A stretch of 64,000 nucleotides of DNA from a virus. Its lineage: Duplodnaviria > Caudoviricetes. The translations under genes were made by a program, and so were the position numbers. Of this stretch, positions 51,792 to 61,793 are shown piece after piece; position 1 is the first letter of the stretch; every line of letters begins with the position of its first letter. The DNA is taken from positions 64,001 to 128,000 of the IMG/VR virus record IMGVR_UViG_3300031555_003522. One strand, given 5' to 3'. The notes under the pieces are model-generated. The model was not told the DNA's origin and ran no database searches. It saw only the letters and a list, made by a program, of their open reading frames with translations.

Positions 51792-52084
51792 AAGTCATAG
51801 GTTGCGTTGAGAAAGATATAATGTTTTATCTTATACAATATCAACTGAAGCGAAGATCTATAAAGTAATTTGATTACATGTGCAGATGGTCTTCTTCATA
51901 CATGATAACACTCCTTATCTTCCATATTCCATATTTCACATTCCAACAATCAATACTATATAGGGAGCCAGTGATAATTGTAACCCGGCGATAATTCTAT
52001 ATATTCTTCTCACTGACCACGCAATAAATGACCTCCTGTAATTAGGGTGCTAGACTTTAATCGTCTAGCACCTTATCTCTTTTT
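51792..52084 (+). ncRNA. Candidate ~290-nt late ncRNA with paired ends
   Basis: Promoter 51781-92; GTCAT/ATGAC, TTGCGT/ACGCAA and TGAGAA/TTCTCA end pairing; CTCCTT, 2 x TTCCAT, ACCTCCT; terminator 52043-84; no ORF. Confidence 0.55.
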
Positions 52085-52140
52085 GATCGTATATTATAGA
52101 TCTGCAAACTCTATAGTAATATAAAAAGGAGTGATTAGAA

Positions 52141-54513
52141 TTGGCTGAAAAGATCTTAGAATCTACATCTAGTAATCAGTTTAAAACAGACTATATTAGA
52201 TATGGTGTTTATATCTTATTCCGTCGAGTATTATCTGATTATAGGGATGGACTTAAACCCGTTCAACGTCGAATCTTATGGGCCATGTTTAAAAATACAA
52301 AGGCTATGGGAAGTAAGGTTAAATCTGCAGCTATTGTAGGAGATGTGATGAAGTATTATCATCCTCATGGAGATGCTGCTATTTATGGAACTATGATTCC
52401 TATGGCTAACTGGTTTGAAACAAAAGTTCCTTTAATTGATCCGGGCGGAAATTTTGGTACGTTTCAGGGAGATCCTTATGCTGCCGCACGTTATACCGAA
52501 TGTCGCTTATCTAAATTTGCAATTGAAAATGTTCTTGGCGATATAATGGATACACCGGAATCTGTCGATTGGAGCTCGACTTATAGCGGTGCTACCATTG
52601 AACCAGATTATTTGCCTGTCAAATTGCCTTTACTACTTGTAAATGGTAGTTTTGGTATAGGCCTAGGAATGAGAGCCGAAATTCCTACCCATAATCTTGC
52701 TGAAGTAATAGATGCAACTTTGTATCTCATGGATCATCCTGATGGCGAAATTACATTAATTCCCGATCACTGTATGGCATGTGAGATAATTAATACAGAC
52801 TTTGATAAGATCTGTAAAGCTGGATTTGGCCATTATAGAATTCGTGGTAAGGTTACCGTTGAGGATTATAAGAATAGAAAAGCTCTTATAATCAATTCAG
52901 TGCCTAATTTGACCAGTCTTAATAGTATAACGGAAAAAATTGAAGATCTGATTAAGAAGAAGAAAATTATTCAGATTGATACTTGTTTTGATGAATCTAA
53001 TGGAGAAGTAATGAGATTTGTAATATTGCTTAAACCTGGTTCTGATCCTAACTTTGTAAAAGAGGTTATTTATAAGAATACTGGTCTTGAGCAAACTCTT
53101 AGAATTAACTTCGAAACCCTTAATGGATTAAATCCTCTTAGAATGTCTTATAAGTCTTATTTATTAAGCTTTATAGACTTTAGAAGGATGACCAAGTTTA
53201 GAGTTTATTCTAATAAACTTCAAGCAATTCAAACAAAGATTCATGAAAGAGAAGCATATATTAGAGTACTCGAATCCGGAGAAATTGATAATATCATTGC
53301 TATGATAAAGAAGCAGAAGACTGTGGATGATGAGTATCTTATCGAGTATTTGATTAAAAAGCTCAAAATCACTGATCTTCAAGCTAAATATATCATAAGT
53401 GCAGATTTAAAGAAGCTGTCTTATGGCTATCTATCCAAATATAAGCAAGAAGCTATGGAGCTTGAGCAAGCTAAATCTATATTAATGGGCAAAATTATGA
53501 GCGATAGAGCAATAGAAGATGATATAAAATCTGAATTGCTTGAAATCAAGGCTAAGTATGGAAAGCCTCGTTGCTGCGCAATTATAGATTCCGCTGAAGC
53601 TAATGATATTCCTAAAGGCGAAATGGTCGTATCTATTACTGAAAAGAATTTCATCAGAAAAACACCGGCTGGTGGCCCTGTTGGAAATATAAAAGGTGAT
53701 AGTATAAAGACAATGATCAAAATAGATAATACTGATAGTATTATTATATTTGATGAAATGGGTAAAGTATTTAAACTTCCTGTTCATAAGATTCCTCTTA
53801 CTGATAAAGGCGGTGCTGGTACTGATATTCGTTTCCTGATCAAAACTCTTACAGCAAATATTAATACAATCATACCAGAAAGTGTTATTAAAATGCTGTC
53901 TGAAAAAGGCCATCATAATAATAAGCATTATCTTGTTACCTTATCCAATGCCGGACTGATTAAGCGTATGGACTTAGATGATTTTACTACAGTTCCTCCG
54001 TCTGGTATTTTGTATGCAAAGGTAGATAAGGGCGATTTTATTAAAGATATAGTAATTGCTCATAGCAATTTTGATCTTATAATTTATGCTCATAGAAAGG
54101 CTGTTATTATTCATCTGAATGATATTCCTTATCTGAAGAGAAATACTAAAGGATCAAAAGCCATGTCTGGTGTTGATTGTGTGGATGGTATGTGCATCAT
54201 TCATAATAATTGCACTGACATAGTAGTAATTACAGAATCTGGACGTGCTAATAGAATTAATTTAATTCATGGCATGCCTAATAATGGCCGTGGCAAATCT
54301 GGCTCTAATCTTATCAAACTTTCATCTGGAGATAGGATTGTAGGAGTAGTCAGTGGTAATGAAAAAGATTTAATCCACATTAAGTGTACTGATACTGATT
54401 CGGTTATTCCAATTGCAAATCTTCAAATTGGAAGTTCTATAAGCACCGGAGATAAGGTCTTGACGACACGTGGAAACAAAATCATTCATTGCTATATTGA
54501 AAAACAGATGTAA
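52141..54513 (+). CDS. gyrA: DNA gyrase/topoisomerase II subunit A
   Basis: DGLKPVQRR, YHPHGD, AAARYTE (catalytic Tyr), C-terminal pinwheel repeats. Confidence 0.95.
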   Translation: MAEKILESTSSNQFKTDYIRYGVYILFRRVLSDYRDGLKPVQRRILWAMFKNTKAMGSKVKSAAIVGDVMKYYHPHGDAAIYGTMIPMANWFETKVPLIDPGGNFGTFQGDPYAAARYTECRLSKFAIENVLGDIMDTPESVDWSSTYSGATIEPDYLPVKLPLLLVNGSFGIGLGMRAEIPTHNLAEVIDATLYLMDHPDGEITLIPDHCMACEIINTDFDKICKAGFGHYRIRGKVTVEDYKNRKALIINSVPNLTSLNSITEKIEDLIKKKKIIQIDTCFDESNGEVMRFVILLKPGSDPNFVKEVIYKNTGLEQTLRINFETLNGLNPLRMSYKSYLLSFIDFRRMTKFRVYSNKLQAIQTKIHEREAYIRVLESGEIDNIIAMIKKQKTVDDEYLIEYLIKKLKITDLQAKYIISADLKKLSYGYLSKYKQEAMELEQAKSILMGKIMSDRAIEDDIKSELLEIKAKYGKPRCCAIIDSAEANDIPKGEMVVSITEKNFIRKTPAGGPVGNIKGDSIKTMIKIDNTDSIIIFDEMGKVFKLPVHKIPLTDKGGAGTDIRFLIKTLTANINTIIPESVIKMLSEKGHHNNKHYLVTLSNAGLIKRMDLDDFTTVPPSGILYAKVDKGDFIKDIVIAHSNFDLIIYAHRKAVIIHLNDIPYLKRNTKGSKAMSGVDCVDGMCIIHNNCTDIVVITESGRANRINLIHGMPNNGRGKSGSNLIKLSSGDRIVGVVSGNEKDLIHIKCTDTDSVIPIANLQIGSSISTGDKVLTTRGNKIIHCYIEKQM

Positions 54514-54573
54514 TTATATGGGAGGGTTCTGCATGATCCCTCCCATTATTTTTTATAAAGGAGAGTAATTTTT

Positions 54574-55164
54574 ATGTCTAATGAAAAGAAAATATTTGAA
54601 ACTAGAGATGATTCTATTATAGAATATTCTAAATATGTAAATGATCATATTGCTCATATACATATGGCATTTACAGAATTTGGACCTAAATTATGTAAAG
54701 ATATAGAGGAAATGATTAATCTTCATGAAGATTTATATCTTTTAGTAAGGCCTAGAATATTAAAACATGACGAATCTAAATTTACTGAAGAAGAGTTTAT
54801 GCCGTATGCACAAAAATTCTATGCATGGAAAGGCATGGATAAATCTCAAGAGGAAGTAGAGGAAGAATTCAATAAAGCTTGGGATCATCATTATAAAAAT
54901 AATGATCATCATCCTGAGTATTGGGTAAAGGATAATATTCCAACCAATATGTATCCTTCTGCTATTGCAGAAATGTTAATAGACTGGATAGCTATGAGTA
55001 TGGCAAGAAATCAGAATATGTATGAATGGTGGACAAATGATAAGGGTGGTAAGGATGAGAAATCTAAATTAATGACCAAAACAGATTTTGATATAGTAAA
55101 TCGATGGATGGAAATGAGTAAAAATTTTATAGATTTCTCTAAGCGTAATAATGATAATGAATAA
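54574..55164 (+). CDS. HD-like phosphohydrolase (DUF5662-like)
   Basis: H..HI, HDESK, HHYKNNDHHPEYW, EMLIDW. Confidence 0.75.
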   Translation: MSNEKKIFETRDDSIIEYSKYVNDHIAHIHMAFTEFGPKLCKDIEEMINLHEDLYLLVRPRILKHDESKFTEEEFMPYAQKFYAWKGMDKSQEEVEEEFNKAWDHHYKNNDHHPEYWVKDNIPTNMYPSAIAEMLIDWIAMSMARNQNMYEWWTNDKGGKDEKSKLMTKTDFDIVNRWMEMSKNFIDFSKRNNDNE

Positions 55165-55252
55165 AAATATATTATATAGATGAGTACGATCCACATAAGT
55201 ACTCAGAAAACCACATTTTACCACAAGACAAAAACAAAGAGGAGAATGAATT

Positions 55253-55609
55253 ATGAAAATGCACCAGAGCGATGCTATCGATGGAAGCACTGTGAGGCCT
55301 TTAGCCAGTACAGCATCGAGAGCAAAGAAACCCATGTCCAAAAGCAAAAAACAGAAAATTCGTAAACAGAGAATGAGACTCCTTTGGATTGCCACAAAGA
55401 TCATCTGCAAGAGATTGCTGATGTTCATCGGACTCCTTTTCGCATATGCTTGTACCTTTGGCGGTATGTTAGGCCTAATCGTTCTAATGGTACAGCCTGA
55501 AAATCCTTGGGCATATGCGATTCTTGGGGTATCCATTGGGTATATGTTTCTGGTATGCAACTGCAGAATTTTTGAGTACATTGGAGAGAAAAAGTGGTGG
55601 AAGAAATAA
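55253..55609 (+). CDS. 2-TM early membrane protein
   Basis: Early promoter 55168-55183; SD gaggag. Confidence 0.7.
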   Translation: MKMHQSDAIDGSTVRPLASTASRAKKPMSKSKKQKIRKQRMRLLWIATKIICKRLLMFIGLLFAYACTFGGMLGLIVLMVQPENPWAYAILGVSIGYMFLVCNCRIFEYIGEKKWWKK

Positions 55610-55740
55610 TCACCATACTCTGATGTGCTAAAAAAGATATAAGAGGGGCTCCGGCCCCTCTTTTCTTTTTTTTTTTATATTTTGGCGTGTTTTCAATATC
55701 TCAACATCTGAATAAATGAATTAAGGAGGTAATCATAGAT

Positions 55741-56976
55741 ATGTCTATTTATGATATTACATCTGAAGATAGAGTGATTTTAAAAGAAGCTGCAATGAAA
55801 TTAGATGCAGATACTGATGCTATAAAAAGAAAAATATATCCTAAGGTTGAAGAGGTATTACAATCTTCTTCTATAGTAAATGCTTATAAACGAGTAGTAA
55901 ATGATTTTGTATCATATAGGTATGAAGAGCTATACGATTCTCTTCCGTGTGCTAGAATGGTGTGTTCTGATGCAGAAATGGATAAAACCTTTACTGCTCT
56001 TAAAATAGATAAAACTTTTGTAAAGAAAGTTATTATTGATGAGACCTATTATGGAAAGATAGAGCACTTTTCTCCTCTTGCTGCTAAACATGAATTTACT
56101 ATTCTTATGCTAAATATTATTAGATATTTTTCTAATAAGAAGATGAATAAGGAAGCTGAATTGGCTCTTATACATCTTGCATTTTCTGGTAAATTTTATC
56201 CTTCTCTTCATTATAGATCTTATCCAATAGTACCAGCAAGATATGTAATGGAGTATGTTGTAAATAATAGACTTAGTAAAAAATTCGATCTTGCTACATA
56301 TGGTAGTGTAATTGGAGCGGTTAAGTCTGTTAGTAAAACTTGGTTAGAAAGATATCAAGATAAATTTAAATCTTTTACCGATGATGATATTAAATATCTG
56401 ATTGATCAGTTATATTCTAGAATCGGATCTTTTATAAAAAATGTAGCTACAGAGTACTACGATGTATATAATAATAAGGATGCTTATTTTGCATACTATT
56501 CTGATTCTACAGATCCTGATGATTATCATATAGCCGATAACGACATGTATAAAATTTCTCGCTATACAGAAAAAGCTGTAAATTATATAAATATTAATGG
56601 TATAGATTATAAGACATGTAAGGTCTGTTCAAATTCTGATATAACTCCAAATGAGTGTAAAGCTGTTATAGAAAGTATTATTTCTACTAAAGAAAATATT
56701 ACTACTATAAAAGAATTAATTTCTCTTATGATAGCTTTATATTTCTCTACCGGAGAAAATGATCTTACCAATATAAATTTCATTACATATACTATTTCTC
56801 CCAAACCTAATGCAAAACAGAAAGAAATAGTTCGAATGAAAGAAATTATTGAAGAATGGTTATGCGAATCTGGTACAGCATATATGAGACGTCGTTCTAG
56901 AGTTGCTACAAGAAATGCTTATGAACGAGCTGTTCGTATGTACTTTGCTCTTACTATTCATAAAGCTAATAGATAA
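55741..56976 (+). CDS. Conserved jumbo-phage late protein, probably virion
   Basis: Late promoter 55703-55714; SD aaggaggt. Confidence 0.65.
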   Translation: MSIYDITSEDRVILKEAAMKLDADTDAIKRKIYPKVEEVLQSSSIVNAYKRVVNDFVSYRYEELYDSLPCARMVCSDAEMDKTFTALKIDKTFVKKVIIDETYYGKIEHFSPLAAKHEFTILMLNIIRYFSNKKMNKEAELALIHLAFSGKFYPSLHYRSYPIVPARYVMEYVVNNRLSKKFDLATYGSVIGAVKSVSKTWLERYQDKFKSFTDDDIKYLIDQLYSRIGSFIKNVATEYYDVYNNKDAYFAYYSDSTDPDDYHIADNDMYKISRYTEKAVNYININGIDYKTCKVCSNSDITPNECKAVIESIISTKENITTIKELISLMIALYFSTGENDLTNINFITYTISPKPNAKQKEIVRMKEIIEEWLCESGTAYMRRRSRVATRNAYERAVRMYFALTIHKANR

Positions 56977-57149
56977 AAGAATAATCCCCATGCCAAATAT
57001 AGGCATGGGGATTATCTTGTGTACAATTGTTATAAAGAAAGAAGAAACAAGACATGGAACTTTTTCTTTTATAAAAAACTGAAGTGGAATGATGAAAAGT
57101 ATTAAAATGGCGAATTTTAAAATACCTTCCACCCTCATCCACCAGCTTT
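56975..57149 (-). ncRNA. Candidate ~175-nt late ncRNA
   Basis: Promoter AACT-TTAGAA-TA (57160-57149, -); long 5' hairpin; second hairpin with TTCCAT; shared terminator 56977-57016. Confidence 0.4.
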
Positions 57150-57284
57150 ATTCTAAAGTTCGTTAACTTTTTAATCTTTACATTTTACTTCTTTATTTTC
57201 TTATTTTTTTTTAATTTTTAGTTATAAAAAAATATTTTTCTATATTTAAATATCATAGGTATAATATAATCACTAGATAATTAT

Positions 57285-57377
57285 ATTAAAAACGGGAAAC
57301 AGAATTAAAAACGGGAAACAGAATTAAAAACGGGAAACAGAATTAAAAACGGGAAACAGAATTAAAAACGGGAAACA
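57285..57377. repeat. Tandem 19-bp repeat ATTAAAAACGGGAAACAGA x 4.9 (iteron-like)
   Basis: Direct reading; perfect copies with no spacers; followed by hairpin 57373-57404. Confidence 0.95.
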
Positions 57378-58070
57378 TGGAAAACTCTAATGTTTTCCAT
57401 GTTTATTTCTAGAATATAAAATATATTTAACTAATAGATAAAAGAATATATAAGAAAATATATCTATTATATATTTTGTAGCATTCACTTCTATATTATT
57501 ACCTTCTCTTTATCAAGAGATAAATAATTTTATTTATAATCCTACAATTTAATATTCAATATTATATTAGTGTATCATCTTTCACGAAACACGGTGGACT
57601 GTCTTTCCAAATGATATAATAATATAACAAACTCCAAGCTCTAGACGATTCTGCATGTCTATACTTACACTCACTTCTTATCTCTTTTTCTTATAAATAA
57701 AATTATTATTTAATTTTAATAAAAATGAAGGTTTGGTCTATAAATATATTATTTATAGATATATTCTATTATAGTATTCTTTGTCATGTATGCTATACCA
57801 ATATGCGCGACATTTTTAAAAAGCCGAAGTAAAAACTATTCAATACTATCTATCTAACTACCTTGGCAAGAGCGAGAGGCAAATAATGCATCTGCCAGAA
57901 AAGAGATATAAACATATTTCATTATCTCTTTTATATTAAACCTTAATAAATTTTATTGGTTTAATATAAATATTAGTATCGAGTATCATCAAAGGCTAAG
58001 AGCTATACTTTTTAGGTAATCGCTTGATTTCGTTTTTTCTAATCTATGCTATATTTCTCTCTATAACATT

Positions 58071-58100
58071 ACCCTCTAGATCTATATAGATCTAGAGGGT
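58071..58100. repeat. Perfect 30-bp palindrome
   Basis: ACCCTCTAGATCTATATAGATCTAGAGGGT. Confidence 0.85.
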
Positions 58101-58169
58101 ATTTTCTTCTTCTAAAATACTGGACATATAATTAAACATAATTCTTTATTTTAGGAGGTTCATAAAATA

Positions 58170-58901
58170 ATGAATGCTCAACGTGAAAAAGCAGAAGCTT
58201 TGATATATAGTGTATTTGATAAATTAGATAGTAAGCAATATAATTCATCTTACTATAAAAATCTATTTTCTAAAATGAGTGATACTCAATTCTTTGAGTT
58301 TTGTAAAAGAAGATTACCTTTTAGGTTTCATACTAAACCTTTTATAGTTGAACCTAAGATGTTTGATATAGAAGAAGCATTAAAAGTATTAGGCGTTCCT
58401 CTTCTTGAAAAAGTAGCTTTACCTTATCTTTATATAAATAAAGATGGAGAACCTGTTTGGTCTAAAGAAGCTATGGTAATATATATTCATATTAAGAAGA
58501 TGAAACAGTTTATTACTAAAAAGAACTCTACACCTACATCTATAAGTAATCGAGATATGAAAACTGGTCATCTTGTATCCTTTGATAAAGGTGGAAAGAC
58601 CAGCGACAGGGAAATGGAATCTCTTGCTGTTATGGGTCTTGATCATACTATGGATGAATTCTCTACTTGGAGAGCAGATTATATGGATGCTAAAGCAACA
58701 GCATACCAGACAATCAGTACTTTAGGTACGATATCAAAATCCGATATTCCGATTGATCCTATGGATTCCATATCTAAAAATACATTAAACGTATATATGA
58801 CAGCATCATTAATTAATTCTAATATGCTTAATCAAGATTATATGCTTCCTAAAACTATAGCAGATAGACATGCTAAAGTTGAAAGAGAAACTGAAAATTA
58901 A
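58170..58901 (+). CDS. Split RNA polymerase beta C-terminal subunit (probably virion RNAP)
   Basis: YIHIKKMKQ...R...TG......GGKTSDREME resembles the beta C-terminal GGQRFGEME region. Confidence 0.75.
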   Translation: MNAQREKAEALIYSVFDKLDSKQYNSSYYKNLFSKMSDTQFFEFCKRRLPFRFHTKPFIVEPKMFDIEEALKVLGVPLLEKVALPYLYINKDGEPVWSKEAMVIYIHIKKMKQFITKKNSTPTSISNRDMKTGHLVSFDKGGKTSDREMESLAVMGLDHTMDEFSTWRADYMDAKATAYQTISTLGTISKSDIPIDPMDSISKNTLNVYMTASLINSNMLNQDYMLPKTIADRHAKVERETEN

Positions 58902-58970
58902 TATTACTTTAAGTATATATTATACTTATGAGTGGTAAACCTATAAATATAAAATGGAGGATAAATAACT

Positions 58971-59117
58971 ATGATGAATAATACCACTAAACCCGAGTAT
59001 GGCGTAATCAATGAACAGGGATTTGTAGCAGGCAATGGTCTTGGCTTTAATCCCTTCGATGAAGCTGAATTGGATCCCAATAAGAATGAAAATTCTGAGG
59101 ATGAAGATAATAAGTAA
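58971..59117 (+). CDS. 48-aa acidic small protein (absent from ORF track)
   Basis: Early promoter 58916-58931, SD ggagg, terminator at about 59135-59172. Confidence 0.65.
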   Translation: MMNNTTKPEYGVINEQGFVAGNGLGFNPFDEAELDPNKNENSEDEDNK

Positions 59118-59219
59118 CTAACTACCTTATAAATCAAATGAGAGCAGAGACCCACATCTCTGCTCTCATTTGTTTAAATATATAAAAAAAAAACAAATTT
59201 TAAAAGGAGAATATTTTTC

Positions 59220-60197
59220 ATGAAGAGTTATTTCCAGAGACTACTTAAAAAGGAGAACGGTAAAGCCAAGACAGTATTTCTGTTCTGTAATATTGTTCTT
59301 CTTGTAGCAGTTATGGTAGGTGTATGGGGAGTATATAATCCTGTTACAGGCCAGATCATTCTGCCGCCTCCTGCAGCAGATAAGATCATCGAAACCACTT
59401 CTCCCAGCACTGAAGAGACAATTCCTACTGAAAGCACAACCACTCCGACAGATACAACAGTACCTATCGAAACTACAACCCCTAAGGAGGATGAGACTAC
59501 TACAACTGTACCTGAGACTACAGTACCCGAAACCACAGTTCCTCCTACTACAGTTGTAGATACTTATCCTATTGAGCATATCGTTCAACCTGGTGAATCC
59601 TGGTATAGTATTTGCAGAAGTTATTTTGATAATTACGAATACGTAAATGCTATCGCCTATACGAATAAGAGTCAGCTCAATGATTGCATTTTTGTAGACC
59701 AGATCATCATCATTGAAGATGAAGAAACTCTTAAAGAGACCAATGAATATATTAATTCTATTCAAAATGGCTCTAATAATCTTATTACTTTCTTTAAAGG
59801 CGAATATGGTTATTCATATGGAACAAGACCTAATCCTGCAATTGATATTACTGTAAGCGAGAATAGCTTAGGTAGGAATTATACTGGAGAAGTCGATGTT
59901 TCTGAATTTGAGTTCGTTGGTGAACATTTTATTACAGCATATGATCCTTACTGCACACATTGTTGCAGTGGAACTGGGTTAATGGCATCTGGTGTTTATG
60001 CGGTTAATGGTTATTCCGTAGCAGCAGGAGCCTATCCTCTCGGTACCACTCTCTATATCGAAGGATATGGATTTTATGTTGTTGAAGATAGAGGTGTTGA
60101 GGGTAAGCATATTGACATTGCTGCACCTAGCCATGAAGCCTGTTATGATCTTACCGCTAAAAATATACGCGTTTATATTGTACCCAACAATAATTAA
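59220..60197 (+). CDS. Membrane-anchored LysM + 3D-domain cell-wall protein
   Basis: N-terminal TM, T/P/E linker, HIVQPGESWYSI (LysM), ITAY...ASG...VVEDRG....IDI (3D). Confidence 0.85.
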   Translation: MKSYFQRLLKKENGKAKTVFLFCNIVLLVAVMVGVWGVYNPVTGQIILPPPAADKIIETTSPSTEETIPTESTTTPTDTTVPIETTTPKEDETTTTVPETTVPETTVPPTTVVDTYPIEHIVQPGESWYSICRSYFDNYEYVNAIAYTNKSQLNDCIFVDQIIIIEDEETLKETNEYINSIQNGSNNLITFFKGEYGYSYGTRPNPAIDITVSENSLGRNYTGEVDVSEFEFVGEHFITAYDPYCTHCCSGTGLMASGVYAVNGYSVAAGAYPLGTTLYIEGYGFYVVEDRGVEGKHIDIAAPSHEACYDLTAKNIRVYIVPNNN

Positions 60198-60274
60198 TAA
60201 GAGGTAAGTTTTACATACACCCAGGGAACTTATCCCTGGGTGTTATTTATTTTTCTTATGAAAGGAGAAGAACA

Positions 60275-61171
60275 ATGTATAACCAAAACCCGCACTATAT
60301 CGTTCCTTTTCAAGATCTTATGCAACAGACACAGCAACATCCTGCTCCTCAGTCAACACTTATTCAGCCCAGCCTTGATGAGCTTAATAAAACTTTTTTC
60401 AAGAATAAGTTAGCCAGCAATCAGCTTAATGAGTATGAATTGGCTAGTCTTATTAAGAATAATATCGAGACTATGGCTGATGATATTCTTGGCGGCGATC
60501 AGTTCTATAGCCCCTATCTCATGAATCCTTCTTTTGTTAAGGCATTCATTAGAGCAATTTCTTCTATCCCTATTGGATATAAGGAGAGATTGCTCTGTAA
60601 TAAAATAGTCTATGACTACTTTACGTTTGATAATCCTGATAGATCTCTTAAAGAGCAATACTTGTCTATGGCAAGAATTGTAAATCAGGACATCATTCAT
60701 AGGCTCCAGAGTATTGGGGTTGATGAAAATACCGCATGTAATCTCGCTCTTGCAAGATATTCTTCTAAGAACGAAAAGACAAATGTTAAGCGCCTAAACT
60801 TCGTTATCTATCATAAGGATCCTGAAATTATGACAGAGCAGCGTGTTGTATGGATTTATGAGAAGCTTTTCGCTCCTCATATGAATGATCTATTTCAAGC
60901 AACAATGTTTGAGGTATATCCGCCTATCCAGCAGCAAGAGTTTGGTGAAAACTTTATGGAAGTCTATGGTGTAGTCGGACTTGCAGTTCTTTGTATTCTG
61001 AACAATATGAAGTCCGATGATATTCGTAGAATTCTTATTGGATATCATTCCGAATGGGAATATAAAGGACATCCGGAAGTGAGATTTGGCCTACGATCCT
61101 TGAGTGAGGATTATTCCAGAATTGCAAGAATGGTTGAAATGCTTCATCAGCAGGGTATTGATATCCCCTAA
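60275..61171 (+). CDS. Hypothetical protein
   Basis: SD aaggag. Confidence 0.7.
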   Translation: MYNQNPHYIVPFQDLMQQTQQHPAPQSTLIQPSLDELNKTFFKNKLASNQLNEYELASLIKNNIETMADDILGGDQFYSPYLMNPSFVKAFIRAISSIPIGYKERLLCNKIVYDYFTFDNPDRSLKEQYLSMARIVNQDIIHRLQSIGVDENTACNLALARYSSKNEKTNVKRLNFVIYHKDPEIMTEQRVVWIYEKLFAPHMNDLFQATMFEVYPPIQQQEFGENFMEVYGVVGLAVLCILNNMKSDDIRRILIGYHSEWEYKGHPEVRFGLRSLSEDYSRIARMVEMLHQQGIDIP

Positions 61172-61299
61172 ACAGATAAGAATGGGTACAATTAGTACCC
61201 ATTCTTTTTTTTTTACTTTTTATACCACAGACAACTTTTTAATAAATAATTAATAGGTATTGGTAACCTATTAAAATTTTATTTGGAGGTCGAGTAATT

Positions 61300-61767
61300 A
61301 TGGTAAATTTAGCATATGTAACCCCCGAGCAAAAGCCCTTTACTATTGGTGAAGAATCCAATTATCAATTTATCTATACTAAATATGATGATTCCATAGA
61401 TTCTTTTGGTATAGATAGAAAAGTAATTGAACTTGCGAAATGTGCATACAATGGATCTTTTAGACACCATTTGATTTTTGAAATGCACAATCCTATTATG
61501 GGATTGATTAAGGAAACTAATTTGGATAATGTGGATATAGATTCTACGGTAGACAAAGTTTCTTCAATCATCAAAAAGTTAATCGAATATGATTATAGAA
61601 TGTTTATCGATGCTATGACAATTTTAGCTGCAATGCTAGAATCTGCAGATTCTGAACAACGTGTTGGCTATTTAGAGTTTGTAATCGATAGCTTATTCCC
61701 CAATGATTTAGAACCTGCAGATGGCCCTCAAGAATCTGCAGGAGAAGTGAATGCATCCAATGAATAA
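61300..61767 (+). CDS. Hypothetical protein
   Basis: SD ggaggt; promoter 61233-61244. Confidence 0.7.
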   Translation: MVNLAYVTPEQKPFTIGEESNYQFIYTKYDDSIDSFGIDRKVIELAKCAYNGSFRHHLIFEMHNPIMGLIKETNLDNVDIDSTVDKVSSIIKKLIEYDYRMFIDAMTILAAMLESADSEQRVGYLEFVIDSLFPNDLEPADGPQESAGEVNASNE

Positions 61768-61793
61768 AAAATATTAAAATATAGGTGATAAAA

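Noticed and set aside
57285-57377. CRISPR array
   Set aside because: Repeats are contiguous with no spacers, and there are no cas genes
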